IMG/VR virus record: IMGVR_UViG_3300050011_000164
Location: 20,730-84,729 of that record
From: a virus
Reading direction: 5' to 3' (one strand)
DNA: 64,000 nucleotides
Below, in pieces: positions 18,629 through 28,500 of this stretch. The first letter of the stretch is position 1. The number at the start of each line of letters is the position of its first letter. Below the pieces are notes generated by a model, which had not been told where the DNA came from, ran no database searches, and was given only the letters and a program-made list of their open reading frames with translations. The position numbers and the translations under genes are program-made.

Positions 18629-19219
18629 CTAAGATCGCTTTGCGCCTTCGACCATAGGGATTAACTGCTCGTTCGTAAGTCCCACTTTATATCCTAGATC
18701 GGCAACCTGACCTGCGTCGAGACCGTCGAACCACTTCTGGAACATTGCAATCACGTCTTGCTTGGAGAGGTTCAGGTCTTTCACCAATCGGCTCGGGGTG
18801 ACCCAGCAACGACCCATGTGCCCATTCGGACAAGAGCAACCGAGATCACATGGGACTTCGCTCACCAGTTGTTTGAAGCCCAATATGCCCGTCAGCCGCA
18901 CGGTGTCCAGAACACCATCATCCGTATTGTAACCCGAGCCCCACTTGCCGATGACGAAGAAAGCTTTGGTTTGGTAGTAGTCGCCCGAGTTGAACTTGTT
19001 CATAATCTCAACGGGGTCAATATTCCACAGGCGGTCGCCTTCGCGGGGTTCGTCACTGTTCATAAGCCAAGGAGTGCCGGATTGAATGCCGAGACGATTC
19101 GGTCGGTCACACTGGTGCTCTTTGCCATCCTTGGTGACGATGATGACGTTGCCGTCCGAGATGTCACCTTCAATAAAGAATCCAGTACCGTTACGCCTTA
19201 TTGTTTTGGTTTCCAACAT
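18629..19219 (-). CDS. Hypothetical protein
   Basis: GGAGG RBS. Confidence 0.65.
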   Translation of the reverse strand: MLETKTIRRNGTGFFIEGDISDGNVIIVTKDGKEHQCDRPNRLGIQSGTPWLMNSDEPREGDRLWNIDPVEIMNKFNSGDYYQTKAFFVIGKWGSGYNTDDGVLDTVRLTGILGFKQLVSEVPCDLGCSCPNGHMGRCWVTPSRLVKDLNLSKQDVIAMFQKWFDGLDAGQVADLGYKVGLTNEQLIPMVEGAKRS

Positions 19220-19254
19220 GTGATCCTCCCGCTTTCAATGGTACCACGAGGAAA

Positions 19255-19345
19255 GAAAAAAGGCTAGTTCCAAGTCCGATTCGAACGGAACTCATTGGAA
19301 CTAGCCTACCATTTTAATCAGAATCGGGGGTCTTTCTCCCCCATG
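19255..19345 (-). ncRNA. Candidate small RNA with tRNA-like T-arm inside a terminal hairpin
   Basis: TGGTATTAT -10, GGGGG/CCCCC hairpin, 13-bp stem enclosing TCCG-TTCGAAT-CGGA, then a T-run. Confidence 0.4.
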
Positions 19346-19374
19346 CACTATAATAATACCATAGTCTGGAACTT

Positions 19375-20115
19375 TTAGGAACCACCCGCCAAAGTAAAAT
19401 TCACCTGAATCTGGGTTTGCACTTCAACGGGTGAGCCGTTGAGCAAATACGGTCTGTACCGCCATTGTTTAACCGCATCGACGGCAGCCTTCACGAGCAG
19501 CGGATGCCCACTGATAACCTTCAAGTCCTCAATAGTCCCGTTCGCAGAAATCACCGCTTCAAGCATTACAGAGCCCTGCACGCGGGCTTGACGCGCCAAC
19601 GGCGGGTAAGTCGGTGTCACCTTCCGAACCAGCATTCCAGCCGAAACACCTGACGATACTCGCACAATCTTGGGCGGTGCAAGTTGCGGTGCCGCCACTG
19701 GAACTGCACTGAGGATTGAGCCAATCACGCCGTTTGGTGTTCCTCCCGGAATTCCTCCGGGTACGCCACCCACTACGCCTTGAACTGCCACAGACGGTGG
19801 AGGTGCGTCTTCTATGATCTGTTGAATCTTCTTTGGGATGCGCGTGGGCGTGCGAAGCTGCCCATTCACGATGTCGGTCTGTACCTGCTTAACCACCCTA
19901 ACTGGTGCGGCTGCTGGAGGGGGTGGCGGTGGTGGAGGGGAAGGCGCAACCAGCATAGTGACCAATTGCGCTGCGGGTAGCTCATCAGTGATGAACAACG
20001 GGATTAGAAGCACAATACCGAGGATCGCCGCTTCAATCAGAAACGCGACCGACGTGTATCGCCCGCGTTTGTCCTTCAGCTTACCGCCAGATTCTAATAG
20101 ACTGTCTTCAAACAT
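19375..20115 (-). CDS. tonB: Energy transducer TonB family protein
   Basis: N-term MFEDSLLES + TM, poly-Pro and GGVPGG linker, C-term P.YPPLARQARVQGSV.L..VI...G.......V.SG.P.L..AA.DAVKQWRY.P. Confidence 0.92.
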   Translation of the reverse strand: MFEDSLLESGGKLKDKRGRYTSVAFLIEAAILGIVLLIPLFITDELPAAQLVTMLVAPSPPPPPPPPAAAPVRVVKQVQTDIVNGQLRTPTRIPKKIQQIIEDAPPPSVAVQGVVGGVPGGIPGGTPNGVIGSILSAVPVAAPQLAPPKIVRVSSGVSAGMLVRKVTPTYPPLARQARVQGSVMLEAVISANGTIEDLKVISGHPLLVKAAVDAVKQWRYRPYLLNGSPVEVQTQIQVNFTLAGGS

Positions 20116-20284
20116 GTATCCCCCGTACTATATTAGAACTCAAAGTCACGTATTTGTTGCACGTTAAACCTCTATGGGAACCAGATGTCGTCGTCACCCG
20201 GTTGGGCTTGTAGATGACCGATCCAAATGAGTCCACCAACTATAAGCACGAAGCAAAGGATGAAAGCAGCGATTTGCCAGAACA

Positions 20285-21340
20285 TTATACCACCTGTGAA
20301 ACCTTTCGCCGCCCGCGCTTGCGCTTGGATTCCCCCGTATCGTTATTCTGGAAGCACGCGGCCAATTCTTTCAGTCGCGTGCGCTGACGAGCGAAAAGAG
20401 TCTCACTGATACCCAAAGATTTGGCAGCCTCATGCTGGGACGATGCCTGTTGAATCGCATCCATCGCAAATACCAACTCGGGCTCTTTCGCTTCGACATA
20501 ACGGCGGAATTCATTGGCGAGCAAGTAGTTCTCGTACTGTTGTGCCGTGCGAGACGTGGCGGCACTCAGGTAGTCCGAGTGCACATGGCAGTAAGCATCA
20601 TCCACCACGTCGTACTCACCGTTCTCGTGGCTGGGATCGACATTCGTCACGATGGTGACGTTGCCAATCCGACAGATGGGATTCTTGTTGCGCTTCGAAT
20701 ACACGGTGTTGAACTTGTTCGTGAGGCACATGTTAACATACGAGCGGAAACGACGCTCACTCGCCCCATACTGACTGATCGGATTGAATGTTTCGATCAC
20801 ATCCGTGCAGCCATTTACTCGGCCATTAGCACCCAGCTTGCGGTGCTTGCTAGATTGCGGTAGGTATTTCATGTGAATGATGAGGTCCTGAGTCCAGTCT
20901 TGAACATCCCCGTCAACGATAAAGCGAGCAAGGCGCTTCTTAACCCAATTGCTGATGTAGAGGGGGTAGCGTTCGTAGAATTCGAGGAAGTCCTTTGGAA
21001 CACGGAAACCGTCGTCGCCGATGTAGTGCCCCGTGCGAGGATCATACTGAATCTTGTCGTATTGGCTATCGGGTTTGGCGGGTGCTGGCGTGGTGACTGG
21101 GATCAGGTCCATCGGCATTGTGCGTCGGACGTGCCACACGCCGTCGATTTCCTCACCGATGGCGATAAGGGTCTTGATGAGTTCGTATTGCCATTGGTCG
21201 CCACATTCGTTTGGCAAACGTTCCGTCGCGAGAGCGAACAGTTGATCGATGCGCTTAGGGCCTTGAAAGAGAGCTATAGCTAAGAGGTTGCCGAACTTGA
21301 GAGAAGAAAATGCGAATGCAGCGGTCTCTAACGGAACCAT
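20285..21340 (-). CDS. Sigma-factor-like / HTH transcription protein (start uncertain)
   Basis: DVQDWTQDLIIHM and FRSYVNMCL resemble region 2; C-term QHEAAKSLGISETLFARQRTRL HTH resembles region 4. Confidence 0.5.
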   Translation of the reverse strand: MVPLETAAFAFSSLKFGNLLAIALFQGPKRIDQLFALATERLPNECGDQWQYELIKTLIAIGEEIDGVWHVRRTMPMDLIPVTTPAPAKPDSQYDKIQYDPRTGHYIGDDGFRVPKDFLEFYERYPLYISNWVKKRLARFIVDGDVQDWTQDLIIHMKYLPQSSKHRKLGANGRVNGCTDVIETFNPISQYGASERRFRSYVNMCLTNKFNTVYSKRNKNPICRIGNVTIVTNVDPSHENGEYDVVDDAYCHVHSDYLSAATSRTAQQYENYLLANEFRRYVEAKEPELVFAMDAIQQASSQHEAAKSLGISETLFARQRTRLKELAACFQNNDTGESKRKRGRRKVSQVV

Positions 21341-21533
21341 TAGGTCTCCAACACTATCAAAATACTGAACTCCACGGGAATTCAGCGGGTGCCTTCCACT
21401 GTAGGCACGTTAACCCTTTAGTACACAGGGTCTATTTAGTTTATACATCAAGAGTTTGGTTTTATCAAGTGGAAAAAGGTACGAGCGTTTACTCATTCTT
21501 CCGTTGGATGCCATTCGGCTCAATGAGGATTCT

Positions 21534-21959
21534 TTAGTGCGCCAGCATCTTCCAGAGCATTCCGAGGAACATCAGTACGTTAAAACCAATGCTGATGGCA
21601 AGGTTTTTGTCGAAGTTGGACTGCTCTTTATCCGAGGTCTTGGCAGATTTGTCGCCCACGCCCTGCGAACGGCTCTCACGGAGTGAGATAACGTCCTTGG
21701 TCAGTTCCGACACATTGAGAGCGACCTGCTCAATGTCTCCACTCATCACCTTATTGATCTCGCTCTGGTTGTTTTCGGACTTGCTGTTAGCCTTTTCGGA
21801 GGCGGCGAAAGCGACCTGTGTCGTCTTCTCTTGGTTAGCCAAAGCTACCGTGATGGCGGTCTGAGCGAACACAGCTTGCTCGTCAACCTTCTTGCTGAGG
21901 TTGGCGATTCGTTCCGCCAGTACATCTACCGATAGTCCATTACCGTTGCGATTTGCCAT
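21534..21959 (-). CDS. Coiled-coil protein with C-terminal TM (possible lysis accessory)
   Basis: Heptad pattern; hydrophobic C-terminus; AAGGA RBS. Confidence 0.55.
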   Translation of the reverse strand: MANRNGNGLSVDVLAERIANLSKKVDEQAVFAQTAITVALANQEKTTQVAFAASEKANSKSENNQSEINKVMSGDIEQVALNVSELTKDVISLRESRSQGVGDKSAKTSDKEQSNFDKNLAISIGFNVLMFLGMLWKMLAH

Positions 21960-22011
21960 GATTTTTCCTTCTAACTGGGGTAAAATTGACCCTACCTATA
22001 GATTCGGAAGC

Positions 22012-24141
22012 TTAAAAACGGCGTCCCTTGCCTCGGGATACCCTGTGGCTTCCGCCGCCAAATTTGAACTTGCTCATCTGGTACGTGCGTTCCGCTTGCT
22101 TCAGGTCCATCATGCTCATAGCATCGATATTGAGGATCGGCTTATGCGGAAGTGCCTGCTGTCGCTGCATGATGAGGCTCTGCCCCGTAGGGTCCATTTT
22201 CAAGTGACCCTCATCGATTAGCCATTGCTGAACTTGCATGGCGACAAGCATGACCGCATCCACCATGTCGTCGTGGGCTCCCTTTTCCAGAGGAGCGTGA
22301 ACGCGGATACGGTACTTGGCAACCACGTCGGTCTCCACCATCTTGATTTCGTGGATGAACTTCGGCACGTACGGAAAATTAGCTGTGTGGTCATTGATGA
22401 ATGACCGTAAAGCGTAAGCCATCTCCGAGTTGATCGCGGGGGTGAGATTCACCAATTCCATGTTATGGACTTCATTTTGCTCCAACAAAGTGATAAGCTG
22501 ACGACCTGCGTGTTGATCGGTTGAGCCCTTAAAACAGGGAAGGATTTTGTTCATTTCCTTCAACCAGAGTAGGATGTCACCTACGGGTAAGAGTTGGAAA
22601 TCCTTGTACTTGATACCGTCAGGAGTTTGAATGACAACCCCCGGACCTTCGAATTGCTCGCCAGCAATCATACGGTCGATGTAGTCAAACACTAGGTGGA
22701 AACCGTGGGTTAATCCGGGTGTTGGATTAGCGGCTTGACGAACCTCAAGGTGCCCAATCGCCAATGCCGAAGCGTCGGGCCTAGTATTATCGGGATCAGT
22801 GACGTTCACACCGCCAAGATCAAGGCCCCAGAAGTAGTTAAAGCCCACTTGATCGCCATTGAATCGCGTGGTGTTTAGACGAACGCTCGCACTGGGTAAA
22901 GGTTTGCCCATGCTGTCCCACGCACCTTCAGGCTTACCATTCACCAAAACATCCGTGCAGGTTATGATATCGATGGATCGAACGAACGATTCCGTAGATT
23001 CCAAGAATTGTCCGCCGTACTCAGCCCTGAACGTGATGGGGTTCTTACGAGCTTTGTCACGCAAGAACCCTGCCTTCAATTTCGGGTTCATTTCTGCCGA
23101 TGAACAACTGAGGGCAAAGGTTGGGTTATCCTCGTTGATACCATCTTCCATCGCCATACGGTAGAGATCGTACATCATACCGACTTTCTTCAATGGCGAT
23201 GAGATGCTCAGAATCAATGAATCCTGAATTTCGACTTTACCATCCGTGCCTGCGGGTTCCACGTGGTGGAAATCGCCCGTCTGGTGAAAGTCGGCCTCGT
23301 CGATGATGGGGGCGGATTCATCGTGATGGAAGTCGCCAGCGGCAGGTGTAGCAGCATCGTACATATCTTCAGACGTAGAACCTATCTCGGAACGGAAGTG
23401 AGCGAACTCATCAAGAGCGAGGAAGAGAGATGACGGACCACGGACAGCGTTCGTAGTACAGGGTAACGACACGACTTGAACAGACGGCTTGGCAGCAACC
23501 TTGTGATGACGGTCAGCCTCGCAAGTGAACGTCAGGTTTTTGGCGTTGTTGTCCTTGATGTAGGTATGGAACCACGTTGCACGAGTGACGGCAGCCTGAA
23601 GCTTTTGGAACAAGCGACCTGCGCCCGTTTCGTCCTGAGCCAAGAAGGTGAAGTCTATCTTTGAGCCCTCAGCCAAACCGAAGAACTTCTGCGGCGAGTT
23701 GATGCACAGCGTTAGGTAGAGCTTGTAGGCGGCAATGGCCGCAACGGCTTCCGATTTACCGCCACGACGACCACAGAAGATAACCGCTTCGTTAAAACCT
23801 CTCTGTGGTATATCTCGCCAGTCTCCGACGTTGCAGCGTCCCTCTTCGTGGACGATATGGAGATACTCTTCTTCCGTGACCGTGCAGATCAGTTCATCGC
23901 GGAAGGGGTTCCACATCTCCACCATTCCCCAGTTTTCGATGGCGTCAGCCCACTTGGGACGATAATCAAACGGGACGGCGAAGAGTGCCTTGATGAGGAC
24001 TCGCTGAACGGGACGCAGGACGATACCCGTCCCTCCCGGTCCTTCAATGAAATCAATGGCATTGATCTTCCTTGTCGCATCAGGCAGGATGTTGTCTGCG
24101 ATCTTTGTCCAAGCTGTATTTTTGACTTTCTTATCAGCCAT
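22012..24141 (-). CDS. terL: Terminase large subunit
   Basis: Walker A CGRRGGKS, Walker B LALDEFAHF, ISSP coupling motif, nuclease GLDLG...HDDMVDA; start placed at MADKK. Confidence 0.88.
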   Translation of the reverse strand: MADKKVKNTAWTKIADNILPDATRKINAIDFIEGPGGTGIVLRPVQRVLIKALFAVPFDYRPKWADAIENWGMVEMWNPFRDELICTVTEEEYLHIVHEEGRCNVGDWRDIPQRGFNEAVIFCGRRGGKSEAVAAIAAYKLYLTLCINSPQKFFGLAEGSKIDFTFLAQDETGAGRLFQKLQAAVTRATWFHTYIKDNNAKNLTFTCEADRHHKVAAKPSVQVVSLPCTTNAVRGPSSLFLALDEFAHFRSEIGSTSEDMYDAATPAAGDFHHDESAPIIDEADFHQTGDFHHVEPAGTDGKVEIQDSLILSISSPLKKVGMMYDLYRMAMEDGINEDNPTFALSCSSAEMNPKLKAGFLRDKARKNPITFRAEYGGQFLESTESFVRSIDIITCTDVLVNGKPEGAWDSMGKPLPSASVRLNTTRFNGDQVGFNYFWGLDLGGVNVTDPDNTRPDASALAIGHLEVRQAANPTPGLTHGFHLVFDYIDRMIAGEQFEGPGVVIQTPDGIKYKDFQLLPVGDILLWLKEMNKILPCFKGSTDQHAGRQLITLLEQNEVHNMELVNLTPAINSEMAYALRSFINDHTANFPYVPKFIHEIKMVETDVVAKYRIRVHAPLEKGAHDDMVDAVMLVAMQVQQWLIDEGHLKMDPTGQSLIMQRQQALPHKPILNIDAMSMMDLKQAERTYQMSKFKFGGGSHRVSRGKGRRF

Positions 24142-24161
24142 ATATAAAAGGAATTGGTAGT
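24142..24161 (-). promoter_or_regulatory. Putative late promoter ACTACCAATTCCTTTTATAT directly before ATG
   Basis: Closely matches ACTACCAAAGTCTTTTATAG (39562) and ACTACCAAACGCTTCTCTCAG (38018-38039). Confidence 0.5.
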
Positions 24162-24178
24162 AGGAGGATTTGGGGAGG

Positions 24179-24352
24179 TTATTCGCCGCGTTCGTACTTG
24201 CAGCCTTCACAGTCGAGTGGACAGGGGGTGGGCACGTAGCAGGTATCACAGATGAAGTATTTGGTGAAATCTTCGCCGAAGAGTTCGGCCATAATCTTCA
24301 ACTTCTTTTCGAGGTCTTCGTCGAGAGGATTATCGCATTTTATACAGTTCAT
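24179..24352 (-). CDS. Small Cys-rich protein (57 aa, not in ORF track)
   Basis: Manual translation MNCIKCDNPL...ICDTC...CPLDCEGCKYERGE. Confidence 0.55.
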   Translation of the reverse strand: MNCIKCDNPLDEDLEKKLKIMAELFGEDFTKYFICDTCYVPTPCPLDCEGCKYERGE

Positions 24353-24354
24353 AA

Positions 24355-24394
24355 GAAAACCGGGGGCGGCTGCGTAGCGGAGAGAACCGCCCCC
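24355..24394 (-). terminator. Terminator downstream of tRNA
   Basis: GGGGGCGGTT...AGCCGCCCCC followed by GGTTTTCTT. Confidence 0.55.
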
Positions 24395-24426
24395 TCAACG
24401 GCACCCACACATGGTGGGGCCGCACT

Positions 24427-24501
24427 TGGAACCCGCGACGGGACTCACACCCGCAACTCCTTCGTTTAGAATGAAGTGCTCTGCAATTGAGCTACGCAGG
24501 T
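24427..24501 (-). tRNA. tRNA with CUA anticodon (amber suppressor-type), atypical D and T loops
   Basis: ACCTGCG TA GCTC-AATTGCA-GAGC A CTTCA-TTCTAAA-CGAAG GAGTT GCGGG-TGTGAGT-CCCGT CGCGGGT T CCA; 75-nt cloverleaf with encoded CCA. Confidence 0.8.
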
Positions 24502-24752
24502 AAACTTACTTCGTCACGACAATAGCTGATATATCGAGCCGCTGCGCCACATTTGTGCTCGTAACTACAGCCGCAATCACCATTTTCATCCTCTGGGTAT
24601 GTGATGACCCTGCCATGTTGCAGCAAGTCGAAGAACGTCATGCAATTGTCACAGAAGAACCCCCACGTGTCGAAGTCCCACGGAGTGGGGCTTGGATCAG
24701 CGGGCAGCGTTGTTAGGCGTCGGTAAGTCCGATGTCCTACTCCTCCGCACAT
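24492..24752 (-). CDS. Small Cys-rich hypothetical protein
   Basis: ORF whose TAG stop lies inside the tRNA 5' end. Confidence 0.45.
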   Translation of the reverse strand: MCGGVGHRTYRRLTTLPADPSPTPWDFDTWGFFCDNCMTFFDLLQHGRVITYPEDENGDCGCSYEHKCGAAARYISYCRDEVSLPA

Positions 24753-24924
24753 AATTCGCTCTCCATCGGCACTTCGTCTGGCGGATCGTTCAATGGATAC
24801 GTTTCAGGCCACTTCTTGCCGCAGCTTGCGTCCACGTTCATTGGCACACGGAGAGGCTTGCGGAATACTTCGTTGAACTGATCGTGCGTGAAGCACAATA
24901 AAATACCCGCAGAGTTGTCTGGCA

Positions 24925-25191
24925 TTAGGCTTGTCCCCCTTCGCTCATGGGTGTGCCCTGTTGTCCTGACCTGATTTCCAAGGTAGTTATGCCGCCAGTG
25001 GTCGCGATATGAGGCACTTCGACGTTCTTCATGAGCAGAGCCCACTGAGCGATGCGCCCCATCGTGAGGTAGGTTGGCTCCATCGGGTGGTAGTAGATGC
25101 CGTGAACTTCGCAGAACGCGAACGCTTCCTCTTGACTACCTGCGATTGCTTTGAGTGCTTCGTGTTGAAGGGTGGGCATTAGTCGTCCCAT
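24925..25191 (-). CDS. Hypothetical protein (start uncertain)
   Basis: ORF in minus-strand run. Confidence 0.5.
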   Translation of the reverse strand: MGRLMPTLQHEALKAIAGSQEEAFAFCEVHGIYYHPMEPTYLTMGRIAQWALLMKNVEVPHIATTGGITTLEIRSGQQGTPMSEGGQA

Positions 25192-25324
25192 CCTTCGCGA
25201 GTAATGCCGTCCCAGCCGTCGCGAGTGATTTCGCCTTGGGTGTCAGTGATGCCGCCTGTGGTTGCCATTGTTGGGTCTGTGCCTTCGATCTCGATTGGTA
25301 CTTTCTTTCCAAATGTAGTATCCA

Positions 25325-25537
25325 TTATCGTCCTCTCCTATGTAATACTGGATTTCTTAGGTCAGCCCGAACGAACCTTACTCGGCCCCGACCGCCACTT
25401 GCCTGTGCTGCGGGCTCTTCAAGCCAGTTATCCCACTCATCTTGGTCGCACTCAATGAGATCAATCGTGTCCTTCCAGTTATCCTTGGCGAGAACACGAC
25501 CTGATTTCGATGAGGTTTTGACCCCGATCTTAGCCAC
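25325..25537 (-). CDS. Small hypothetical protein
   Basis: GAGGGGAG RBS, GTG start. Confidence 0.55.
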   Translation of the reverse strand: MAKIGVKTSSKSGRVLAKDNWKDTIDLIECDQDEWDNWLEEPAAQASGGRGRVRFVRADLRNPVLHRRGR

Positions 25538-25585
25538 GGTTAATCTCCCCTCATGTATTCTAACACTCTAGTGACCTACGGGGGT

Positions 25586-28500
25586 TCATTCTTTCGTGCC
25601 GCATATAAAACTGTATGTCGCGATCAAGCTCTCGGTGTCGATGTCATCGATACGGACGAAGACTTCGTACACGTAGCCGCCCTCTTCACCTTCGTGCCAC
25701 ACCGCACCCTGAGCCGAGGAGCTATTGATAGCGTCCTTGATCTCGCTGTCGGTGAGCTTGTTCATCAGGTACTTCACGCGGCTCGCCTGATTGTAGATAT
25801 TGAAACTCGACAAACCTTGCGGCTGTTCGACCTGAGCCAGTTGGATTTCACCCTTGCCCGGGACTTGGTTCAACATCGGACGGTAGGTGACCTTGAACAG
25901 TGCCACTAGGGTAGCCGCAATCTCACCGCAGACGTACTGAAGGAAGATTGAGAACTGCTTGGCTTCGTCGGCACCTGCGACCTTGCCCAGCTTCAGGCTC
26001 TTCAGATAAGCTAGTGCGGAACCCGGACGTACAAACCCTGCGGCTTTGCCGCTTGCGAATGCTTTGCCCGGCACCCCCGTTTGCTGACCGTAAAACTCGT
26101 CCGTAAACATCATACCACGGATGTCATTCTCTTTGCGGAGTGGAGCACCTTCGAGCACTTCAGGCTTGCCATCACGACCGATGCCAGCAGCCGCAGCGGG
26201 GCTGGTGCTGACGTAGGCGATGATGGTGGTGTCAAGAGCACCTTCGAGAGCGGCTGCAAGAGCTATCTCCTCTGGAACTTCGTCCTTGTCACCAACGATG
26301 TCGGGATACTGCATCGGGGTGTTGGTCTGGTTTGGATAATCCACGAGTTCATGCTGAAGCTCGGGGGCGATTTCGCGAAGTACCTGACCCGGGAAGAAAA
26401 AGTTGAAGCCTGCTTCCTTTTCGATCTCTTCGGGAGTCTTAGCCGCACCTTCGCCCGCATGAACTGGGGGAAGTCCTGCCGCTTCTTCTTTGTTGTATTT
26501 GTCCACGGAATCAATTGCTCCTTGTTCGGAATCGCGGATTCCGATGAATTGCTTGCCCTGATTGACCTGCCAGCGAGTGGGGCTAACCTGATCGTATGTG
26601 TATGGTTCTGCTGCTGCTTTCTTCACGCCCTTACCTCCTGCCATATAGTCCTCGTCATCCCAGCGCAAACCGTGCTTAGCTAAGATTTGCAAAGCTTCTT
26701 CTTTGCTCGGCCCGCCCATGACACCCAGCATCGCTGGGTTCATCTTGAGGGAATCGATTGCGATGCGAAGCTGGTGCTTCTCAGGTACGCTCATGGCAGC
26801 CACTCTTTTCAATACTGCGGTTGCTGTCCTGAGGGATTCCATTTTGATGCCCATGTTGTCCAACATCTTGTCGTCCTGCTTATTCGTCTGTGGGTACTTG
26901 TCGGGGTTCTCCGCACGCTCGGATTCCATCTCCGCAGTGGCGATCTCTTCCCAGTTAACTTCATTTGAGGGCTGTTCCCAATCGCTCTGCCCACCCGCGT
27001 CGTACCACATGTTCGTGATACTATCGACGAAATCACGAGCCTTGTTGCCGCTCGGCGATTTCACCACGCCTTCGAGTTGCTCGCGTTCGTGCTTTCCACG
27101 CTCACCACGGGCATTCTCGGCGTTCTCCGCATAGAACTTCTTACTCTGCTCACCGAACTTCTTGAAGAGGCGGGCGAACTGACCTGCCAACTCCTTCGGG
27201 GTCATTTTCTTCTTCAAGGCATTACGAACCAAATTGTGGAGCGTCGTAAGCCCCGCCGAGTCGTTGTTAATCATCAGGGCAGTGTGACCTGTGATCCAAT
27301 CGTCGTAGCCGAAATGGTCCGCCGCCATCTTAGCCAAGCTCATCATGCTGGCTCCCTTAGAGGGCTCCCACTTTACAGTGCAACCTGCGGGACAATCCAC
27401 TGGGTCCTGTAGCCGACCTTCATACGTCCCATCCGCAGCATACGCCACTGGAACCATCGGTGGCTGGGGCTTCGGCGGTACGGGCGACGGTGGTTGACCC
27501 TTCATCTGGCGGCTACGGTTCTGCGAGATGATCTGGTTACGCTCCTGTACCAACTTCTGGTACTCGGCGTATGACGTTGCTGCCAGTTTTGCGGAGGCGT
27601 GCTGCGTCATGTACCGCTTGTAATCGTTCGGTCCCTTTTCCTTACCACCCCAGTATGCGTCGGCATCCGCCAACTCTTCGGAACGCTGGCGGCGAAGTGC
27701 GGGACTGTTGGGGTCCTGTTTCGTCTCAGACGGCGGATGCTGAATGGTCTGCTTCTGATACGGCTGCATCTTCCACAGGTACTTTTCAACAAGCTTGTTG
27801 ACTGCCGCTTCAGGTTTGGGGATCGCAGCGTACTCCTTACGGAAACTGTCCGCATCCGTCCCACGAAGAACGTACTCACGTCCATTCATGGTCAGCAGCA
27901 TGTGGAACCCCTGCTCATCCTGACCCTGTGCCACGTTAATTGCGGCGGTACGAACCATGTGCAGATATTCCTGCCCAGCCTGCTTGAGGTTTGCCTCATT
28001 GAACAAACTTGCGTTCTTAAGAAATGCCGCCTTGAGTTCGTGGTATGTGGCGATCTTTCCCTTGCCGTATTTCCCGCTCAGGATGTCGTCAAGCTGCTGT
28101 TCGGTAATCTTGAAATAATCCATGCAAGACTGACGGCCCATGCCCGAAGTGTACTGACCGCGAACCCGAGCAACTGTGTCGGGACTGGGGGCAGCGCCTT
28201 CGAACAGGCTTTTGTGGCCTGCGTAACCTTCTTGCGGACGCTCTGCGTGCTTTTCCATATTCGGGGTTGCTGACAAGCTCGTACCTCCAAACATACCGTT
28301 AGCTGAAGTGTTTTCCCTCGGGTGCTGCTTCTCACCACCGATAGGTTGTTCTTTCTTACCTGCCTCGATCCCACGACGCGCATACTCTGGTTCACGTGCA
28401 GGAGGAGCCGCTGGCGGCATACTGGATACGGCTTCGGAGCCACATGCAGCGCATTGTCCCCTTACACTGAGTTCTCCCTCGTTGCCGCAATTGAGACATT

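Noticed and set aside
22012-24249. Longer terL start from the ORF track, and a possible intein or intron in terL
   Set aside because: The upstream extension overlaps a small Cys-rich ORF and the promoter motif; no intein terminal motifs or frame break seen
24459-24475. Reading the tRNA as Arg(UCU)
   Set aside because: Stem register CTTCA/CGAAG places TTCTAAA as the 7-nt loop with CTA central; shifting by one destroys the stem
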